Shown here: positions 55,596 to 64,000 of the stretch, in pieces | Position numbering within the stretch: the first letter of the stretch is position 1 | How the letters are laid out: the number at the start of each line of letters is the position of its first letter | NCBI RefSeq assembly: GCF_009914755.1 | Contig: NC_060936.1 | Strand: one strand, 5' to 3' | From: the human T2T-CHM13v2.0 reference genome, Homo sapiens | DNA: 64,000 nt | Made by a program: the position numbers and the translations under genes | Notes under the pieces: model-generated | Told to the model about the DNA's origin: nothing | Databases searched by the model: none | Seen by the model: the letters and a program-made list of their open reading frames with translations, nothing else

Positions 55596-58202
55596 TTCCA
55601 TTTGCTTGGTAAATATTCCTCCATCCCTTTATTTTGAGCCTACGTGTGTCTTTGCACTTGAGACGGGTATCCTGAATACAGGACACTGATGAGTCTTGAC
55701 TCTTTATCCAATTTGCCAGTCTATGTCCTTGAATTGGGGCATTTAGCCCACCCATTTACATTTAAGGTCAATATTGTTAAGTGTGAATTTGATCTTGTCA
55801 TCATGATGCTAGCTAGTTATTTTGCACATTAGTTGATGCAGTTTCTTCATAGTGTCATTTGCTTTATATTTTGGTGTGTTTTTGCAGTGGCTAGTGCTGG
55901 TTTTTCCTTTCCATATTTAGTGCTTCCTTCAGGAGCACTTGTAATGCAGGTCTGGTGCTGACAAAATCCCTCAGCATTTGCTTGTCTGGAAAGAATTTTA
56001 TTTCTCCTTCGCTTATGGAGCTTAGTTTGGCTGGATATGAAATTCTGGGTTGAACATTCTTTTAAGAATGTTGAATATTTGGCCCTACTCTTCTGGCTTG
56101 TAGGGGTTCTGCAGAGAGTTCCACTGTTAGCCTGATGGGCTTCCCTTTGCAGGTAACCTGACCTTTCTCTCTGGCTGCCCTTAACATTTTTTCCTTCATT
56201 TCAACTTTGGAGAACTGATGATTATCTGTCTTGGGGTTGCTCTTCTTGAGGAGTATCTTAGCAGTGTTCTCTGAATTTCCTGAATTTGAATGTTGGTCTG
56301 TCTTGCTGGGTTGGGGAAGTTCTCCTGGATAATATACTGAAGTGTGTTTTCTAACTTGGTTTCATTCTCCCTGTCACTGTCAGGTACACCAATCAATTGT
56401 AGGCTTGGTCTTTTCACATAGTCCCATATTTCTTGGAGGCTTTTTTCCTTTTCATTCTTTTTTCTCTAATCTTGTCTTCATGCCTCATTTCAGTAAGTTG
56501 ATCTTCAATCTCTGATATCCTTTTTTCTGCTTGATCGATTTGGCTATTGATACTTGTGTATGTTTCACGAAGTTCTCATGCTGTGTTTTTCAGCTCCATC
56601 AGGTTATGTTCCTGTCTAAACTGGTTATTCTAGTTAGCAGTTCTTATAACCTTTTATAAAGGTTCTTAGCTTCCTTGCATTGGGTTAGAACATGGTCCTT
56701 TAGCTTAGAGGAGTTTGTTATTACCCACCTTCTGAAGCCTACTTCTGTCAATTCATCAAACTCAGTCTTTGTCCAGTTTTGTGTCCTTTCTGGAGGGGAG
56801 TTGCAATCATTTGGAGAAGAGGCATTCTGGTTTTTGGAATTTTCAGCCTTTTTGTGCTGGTTTTTCCTCATCTTTGTGGATTTATCTACCTTTTGTCTTT
56901 GAGGCTGATGACCTTTGGATGGGGTTTTTGTGTGGGGGTCCTGTTTGTTGATGTCGATGTTTTTTACTGTTAGTTTTTCTTCTAACAGTCAGGCCCCTCT
57001 TCTGCAGGTCTGCTGCAGTTTGCTGGAGGCCCACTCCAGACCCTGTTAGCCTGGGTATCACCAGTGGAGGCTACAGAAGAGCAAAGATTGCTGCCTGCTC
57101 CTTCCTCTGGAAGCTTCATCCCAGAGGGGCACTGGCCTGATGCCAGCCAGAGCTCTTATATATGAGGTTTCTGTCGACCCCTGTTGGGAGGTCTCTCCCA
57201 GTCAGGAGGCATGGGGGTCAGGGACCCACTTGAGGAGGCAATCTGTCTCTTATCAGAGCTCAAGCACTGTGCTGGGAGAATCCCCCTTGACAGGTCAGCT
57301 GCTCTCTTCAGAGCTGGCAGGCAAGAAAGTTTAAATCTGCTGAAACTGTGCCCACAGCCACCCCTTCCCCCAGGTGCTCTCTCACAGGAAGATGGGAGTT
57401 TTATCTATAAGCCCCTGACTGGGACTGTTGCCTTTCTTTCAGAGTTGCTCTGCCCAGCGAAGAGGAATCTAGACAGGGAGTCTGGCCACAGCCACTTTGT
57501 CGCACTGTGTTGAGTTCCACCCAGTCTGAACTTCCAGGCTTCTTTAGCACTGTTAGGGGAAAACCGTCTACTCAAGCCTCAGTAATGGCGGATGTGCCCC
57601 CCACACACACACCAAGCTCGATCATCCCTGGTCGACTTCAGACTGCTGTGCTGGCAGTTAGAATTTCAAGCCAGTAGTTCTTAGCTTGCTGGGCTCCGTG
57701 GAATTGGGACCCACTGAGCGAGACCACTTGGCTCCCTGTCTTCAGCCCCCTTTCCAGGTGAGTGAACGGTTCTGTCTTGCTGGGGTTCCCAGGCGTCACT
57801 GGGGTATGAAAAAAAACTGCTGCTGCTAACTCAGTGTCTGCCCAAACAGCCGCCCTGTTTTGTGCTTGAAACCCAGTGCTCTGGTGGTGTAGGCACATGA
57901 GGGTATCTCCTCATCTGCAGATTGCAAAAACCGTGGGAAAAGCATAGTATCCAGGCCAAGTAGCACAGTCCCTCATGGCTTCCCTTGGCTAGGAGAAGGA
58001 TGTCTCCCAGCTTTTTGCACTTCCCGGGTGAGATGACGCCCCACCCTGCTTCTGCTCACCCTCCATGGGCTGAACCCACTGCCTAACAAGTCCCAGTGAG
58101 ATGAACTGGGTACCTCAGTTGGGAATGCAGAAATCACCCACCTTCTGCCTTGGTCTCACTGGGAACAGCAGACCGGAGCTCTTCCTATTTGGCCATCATG
58201 CC
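51741..58202 (-). mobile_element. Full-length L1PA8 nested in the L1MA
   Basis: 5' end (rc) catgatggccaaataggaagagctccggtctgc; ORF1/ORF2 remnants (FADDMIVY in 53584-54228); L1PA8-type 3'UTR (rc atgcatgcagggcttaaaatctagatgac); host sequence resumes on both sides. Confidence 0.94.
55563..55592 (-). repeat. 30-nt A-tract expansion inside the L1PA8 EN domain
   Basis: T30 on + strand at the ANGKQKK position. Confidence 0.9.
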
Positions 58203-58959
58203 TCGCCAACCCAATATCTGTTATTTTTTGTCTTTTTGATAATAGCCAATCTGACTAGGTTAAAATGATATTGTGGTTTTGATTTGCATTTCCCTGATAA
58301 TTAGTGATGTACAGCATTTTTTCATATACCTGTTGGCCATTTGTATGTCTTCTCCTGAGAAATGTCTATTCATGTCCTTTATCCACTTTTTAATGGGATT
58401 ATTTGGGTTTTCCTGTTTACTGTTTGAGTTCCTTGGATATTCTAGATGTTAGTCCCCAGTCAGATGAATAGTTTACAAATATTTTCTCCCATTCAATAGG
58501 TTACCAATTCACTATGTTGATTATTTCTTTTGCTGTGCAGAAACTTTTTAGTTTAATTAAGTCTCATTGGCCATTTTTGTTTTTGTTGCCTCTGCTTTGA
58601 TTGCTTAGTCATATATTCTTTGCCTAGATCAATGTCCAGGAGAGTTTTCTTAAGGTTTTCTTCTAGTATTATTATAGTTTCTGGTCTTACATTTAAGCCT
58701 GTAATCTATTTTTAGTTGATTTTTGTATACGGTGAGAAATAGGGGTCCAGTTGCATTCTTCTGCATATGGATATTCAATTTTCACAGCACCATTTATTGA
58801 AGAGGATATCTTTTCCCCCACTGTATTTTATTGTCAGCTCTGTCAAAGATCTGTTGGCTATAAATACGTGGCTTTATTTCTGGGATCTCTATTCTGTTCC
58901 GTTGGTCTACTTATCTGCTTTTCTACCAATACCATGCTGCCTTGGTTACTATAGCTTAG

Positions 58960-59288
58960 TTTTATTTTTATTGTATGTGTGTGTATATATATATTTAGAG
59001 ATAGGGTTTTGCTCTGTTGCCCATGCTGAAGGATAGAGTTCAGTGGTGTGATCATAGCTCACTGTTGCCTTGAATTCCTGGGCTTAAGCAATCCTCATGC
59101 CTGAGCTTCCAAAGTAGCTAGGACTGTGGAAATGCATCACCATGCCTGGCTAATTCTTGGAATTTTTTATAGAGATGGGGGTCTCGCCATGTTGCCAAGC
59201 CTGCTCTCAAATGCCTGGCCTCAAGTGTTCCTTGCACATTATCCTCCCAAAGCACTGGGATTACAGGAGTGAGTCAGTATGCTTGGAC
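58960..59288 (-). mobile_element. AluJ-like element in the L1MA
   Basis: gagatagggttttgctctgttgccc...gatcatagctcactg...cctcccaaagcactgggattacagg; decayed tail. Confidence 0.85.
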
Positions 59289-59619
59289 TTGTAATATATT
59301 TTGAAGTCAGGTCACATGATGCCTCCAGCTTTGTTCTTTTTGCTCAAGATTTATTTTGACTATTAGGGCTCTTTTTGGTTCCATATGAATTTTAGAATTG
59401 TTTTTCTAATTCTGTAAAAAATGGCATTGGTAATTTGACAGAAATTGTACTGAATCTGTAGATTGCTTTTGGCAATATAGTCATTTTAATATTGATTCTT
59501 CCTATTTGTGAACATGAGATATTTTTCCATTTGTTTATGTCATTTACAATTTCTTTCACCAGTGTTTTATAGTTCTTCTTGTAGAGGTCTTACAACTCCT
59601 TGGTTAAATGTATTCCCGG

Positions 59620-59631
59620 GTGTGTGTGTAT

Positions 59632-59669
<38 letters not shown>
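59620..59669 (+). repeat. (TG)n microsatellite
   Basis: Near-perfect TG dinucleotide run. Confidence 0.92.
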
Positions 59670-59671
<2 letters not shown>

Positions 59672-62600
59672 TGTAATGGAATTGAGTTCTTGATTTAGTT
59701 CTCAGCTTAAGCATTGTTGATATATGGAAATGCAAATAATTTTTGTACATTAATTTTGTGTCCTGAAACTTTGTTGAAGTCATTTATCATGTCTAGGAGT
59801 CTTTTGAAAGAATATTTAGGGTTTTCTAGATATAAGATCACGTCATCAACAAAGAGATAATTTAACTTCCTCTTTCCTGATTTGCATGTCTTTTATTCTT
59901 TTCTCTTGCCTGATTGCTTTGGCAGTGACTTCTAGGACTATGTTGAATAGAAGTGGTGAGAGAGGACACCCCTGTATTGTTCTAGCTCTTACAGAGAATG
60001 ATTTCAACATTTCCGCCATTCAGTATGATGTTGGCTGTGGGTTTGTTGCATACAGCTTTTATTATTTTGAGATGTGCTCCTCCAATGCCCAGGTTGTTGT
60101 GGGTTTTTACCATGAAGGGATGCTGAATTTAATCAAATGCTTTTTCTGTATTTATTGAGATTATCATATGGTTTTTGTTTTAAATTCAGTTTATGTGATG
60201 AATTACACTTATTGATTTGTACATGTTGAACCATTTTTGTATCCTTGGAATAAAACCCACTTGGTTGCGGTGTATTATCTTTTTTATGTGCTGTCAGATT
60301 CAGTTCACTAGTATTTTCTTGAGGATTTTTATGTCTATGTTCATCAGGGATATTGGCCTGTAGCTTTTTGTTGTTTTTGTGACCTTGTCTGCTTTTGCTA
60401 CTGGAGTAATGCTGGCCTTAAAGAACAAGCTAGGGAAAATTCCCTCTTCTTTGATTTTTTTTTTGAATAGTTTCAGGAAGATTGTTTTAGTTCTTCTTTG
60501 TACATTTCATAGAATTTGGCTGTGAATCCATCTGGTCCTGATCTTTTCTTTGATGAGAAACTTTTTATTACAGATTTAATCTCACATTCATTATTAATCT
60601 GTTCAGGTTTTCTATTTCTTTTTGATTCAATCTTGGTAGATTGTATGTTTTTAGGAATTTATACATTTCCTCTAGGTCTTACAGTTTGTCAGTGTATACT
60701 TGTTCATAATAGTCTCTGATGATCTTTTGTATTTCTGTGGTATGAGTTGTAATGTCTCCTTTTTCATTTCTGATTTTGTTTGTTTGAGTCTTCTCTCTTC
60801 TTGATTAGTCTAGCAAGCAGTTTATCAATTTCATTTATCTTTTCAAATAACTAACTTATTGTTTCATTGATTCTTTGTATTGTTGGGGTTTTTTTCTCTA
60901 TCTATTTCACTCTGCTCTGATCTTTATTCTTTCTTTTCTTCTGCTAATTTTAGGTTTGGATTATTCTTACTTTTCTAGCTCCTTGAGATATATTGTTATA
61001 TTGTTAATTTGTAATCTACTTTTTTGGTGTAGGTGTTTATTGCTATAAACTTCCTCTTAGTACTCTTTCTTCTGTATCTCAGGTTTTGAAATGGGGTTTC
61101 CATTTTCATTTTTCAGTAAATTTTTTTATTTCTATCTTAATTTTTTCATTGACACAATGGTCATTCAGTGGCATGCTGTTTAATTTCTATGTAGCTGTAG
61201 TTTCCCAAGTTCCTCTTGTTACTGATTTCTAGTTTTTTCTAGTCTGAAAAGATACTTGATGTATTAATAATTTTGACTTTTAAAAATTTGTTGAGATGTG
61301 TTTTGTGACCTAATATATGGTCTGTCTTGGAGACTGTTCCATGTGCTGGTGAATAGAATATGTATTTTGCAATTGTGTAATAGAATGTTCTGTAAACAAA
61401 TGTCTGTCAGGTCCATTTGGTCTAAAGTCCAGTTGAAATCCAATTTTGTTGTTGTTGATTTTTCTGTCTAGGTGATCTGTCTAATGCTGAGAGTGGGGTA
61501 TTAGAGTCCCCCACTTTTATTGCATTGCAGTCTATCTCTCTCTTTAGATCTGATAATATTTGCTTTACAAACTGGGTGCTCCAATGTTGAGTTCATATAT
61601 ATATTTTGAATTGTTATATCTTCTTGCTGGATTAATCCCTTTATCATTATATGATGACATTTTTTGTCGCTTTTTTACTGTTTTTGACTTAATGTCTGTA
61701 TTATCCGATATAAGCATAACTACTCCTGTCTTTGCTTTTGGATTCCATTTGCATGGAACATCTTTTCTAGCCTTTAACTTTGTCTATATGCATCTTTACT
61801 GATAAGATGAGATTTTTGTAAGCAGCATGTAGTTGGATCATATTTGTTTTATCTCTTCAGCCATTCTGTATATTTTAAGTGGAGAATTTAATCCCTGTAT
61901 GTTCAAGGTTATTATTGATGTGCAAGTCTATGTTCCTGTCATTTTGTTAATTGTTTTCTTTTTTTATACATTATTCTTACTTTCTTTTTTTCTCATTGTT
62001 CGTTGTTATGGTTTGGTGGATTTCTGTGGTGATACCATTTGAACTCTTTCTCTCCTTCCTTTGTGTGTTTGTTTTGCCAATGAGTTTTTGTGTATTTTCA
62101 TGATGGTAAGTGTCATGCTTTTGCTTCCAGGTTTAGGATTCCCTTGAACATTTCTTGTAGGGCCTTTCTAGTGGTAATGAATTTTCTCAGCATTTCCTTG
62201 TCTGGGAAAGACTTTATTTCTTTTTCCTTTATAAAAGGAATTTGGGTAAACATAGTATTCTTGGCTACCAGATTTTTCTTCCCGCAATTTGAATATATCA
62301 TCCCATTCTCTTCTGACCTGTAGTTTCTGCTGAGAAACCCACTGCTAATCTGATAGGGTTTCTTTTGTACATGATTACATGCTTTTCCCTTGCTGTTACT
62401 AGGATTTGCTCATTACCTTTGACTTTTGATAGCCTGATTATAATGTTCCATGGAGAATACTTTTTTGCATTGTAGCTGCCTGAGGACTGCTGAGCCTCCT
62501 ATACCTAGATGTTTAAATCTTTTATTATACTTGGGAAGTTTTCACTCATTATTTTATTAAATAGGTTTTCTAATCCTTTTGTTCTTTTTTCATCCTCAAG

Positions 62601-64000
62601 GATACCAATAATTTGAATGTTCAGCTGCTTTATCTTGTCCCAAATATCATGAAGGCTTTGCTCATTCTCTTTTTTCCTTTTATTTTTGTCTGACTGGATT
62701 ATTTCAAAAGACTTGTTTTTAAGTTCTGAGATTCTTTCCTCTGCTTGATCTAGTCTATTGTTGAAGTTTTCAAATGCATTTTGTATTTCCTTCAATTAGT
62801 TCTTCAGTTCCACAATTTCTATTTGGTTATTTTTAAAAATATATTTCTCTTTGATAAGTTTCTCATTCATATCCTGATTTTTTTTCTTATTTCTTTTTAT
62901 TGTTTTTCACGATTCTCTTGAATCTCACTGAGCTTCTTTAAAACCAATATTTTTCATTCTTTACCTGATGTTTTAAAAGTTTCTTTTTGATTAGAGTTTA
63001 TTATTGTGTAAATTTGGAGGCATCATATTTCCTTGCTTTTTCATGTTTCCTGTGTCCTCACCATGATTTCTGCACATGTGGTGTAACAGTTGCTACTTCC
63101 CAGTTTTGAATTTACTTTTGTAGGGAGGACCTTCTCCGGAAGACATATCTATAGTATTGCTGCAAGTATTGCACACTATAGATTTGATTCTGGATGCGTG
63201 CAGTAACGTAATCTCTGTATGATTTCTTAGGCTGTAAATAGTGTCAGTGGTATCTGTGACTTCCTGGTGGGTTAGGGTGCAGTTATTAATGGAAGCTGTG
63301 GTAAAATTGTGATGGGGACCAGGATGCTAATTGAGTCAGTCTTCAGGTCCCTGTGGTGGCAATGGTGAGCTGAGCATGCCTATCCTTATGCCCCAGAGCA
63401 GAGTATGCTGGCATCAGCATTGGAGGTTACCAGTGGACCAATTCTTGGGCCCCCAGATGGCTTTCTGTGTTGCTGGTAGTGGCAGCTGTGAACCAGGTGG
63501 GTGGATGGGTTTTGGGGCCCCCGGGCAGCTGATGTGGCATGGGTAATGACAGTGGCAGTGATGGGATGATTCTCTGGGTCCCAAGCAGTGTGTGTTGATG
63601 TTGGCAGTGGCTGTGATGGGCTAGGTGGGCCAGTCTCCAGGCCTGCAGATGGTTGGTGTTTGCAGACAGATACCAGCTGAGATGGTAGTAGCTGGGAGTT
63701 TAGGCCCAATCTCAGGCATCTGTGGGAGGTGCTTAGATATCTAAAGTGGTAGATTGGTTGGGGCAATCCCCAGTATATTGGGCTCTGTGCTCAGTCTCAG
63801 AGATGCGGGGGAAATGAAGCTGGGCTTGGAGGACTTGTGCTCAGGCACCTCATGAGTGAGAGAAGGCACCAGCTGTGGTGAAATGAGTGGGGTGTTCCTC
63901 AGGCCCCAAGAAAAGTGTTTGGGTGAGGGGCTGTAGCAGTTGCACTGAGATCCTGTCACTGAAGAGGGTGAAGCCTGCCTCAGTGGCCACAGCCTCGGCA

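Larger units (their letters stand above)
50990..64000 (-). mobile_element. Long L1MA-type (L1MA2-4-like) element; pieces 50990-51740 and 58203-64000, running off the window in its 5'UTR
   Basis: L1MA 3'UTR (gatcaagtcagggtatttagggt...actatagtcaccctact), ORF2 remnants, ORF1 remnants (RLDQAEERISELKNKSFEIIQSDKNK; EIKSFPDKEMLRKF), GC-richer 5'UTR above ~63200. Confidence 0.88.

Overview
This is primate (most likely human/hominid) AT-rich genomic DNA dominated by transposable elements; roughly 45% is LINE-1 by my coordinates. I find no intact protein-coding gene, RNA gene or CRISPR array, and almost every ORF in the track is an L1, Alu or LTR remnant or noise. The one gene-derived feature is a full-length processed pseudogene of STBD1 (glycophagy receptor, CBM20 domain) at ~15818-18382 (+). 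It has 5'UTR, a disabled CDS, 3'UTR, polyA signal, decayed tail and a 16-bp TSD; it sits inside a MER21/MER77-type LTR and was later interrupted by an AluS. Four long L1s are present: an old L1PA15-17-type (+) with a ~112-bp tandem array in its 5'UTR and a nested young L1PA2; an L1PA7 (+) with an ORF0-like frame, a 564-aa RT frame and a short 3' transduction; and an L1PA8 (-) nested in an L1MA (-). There are also THE1/MLT1/MLT2/LTR8/LTR47 LTRs, MER DNA transposons, MIR and L2. The notable signals are genome-dynamics footprints (3' transduction, templated insertion, microhomology and insertion-associated deletions, local duplication) and a candidate NF-kB/ETS/AP-1 enhancer. I cannot support a claim of a new biological system. 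Subfamily names come from recalled consensus sequences and need RepeatMasker/Dfam confirmation.
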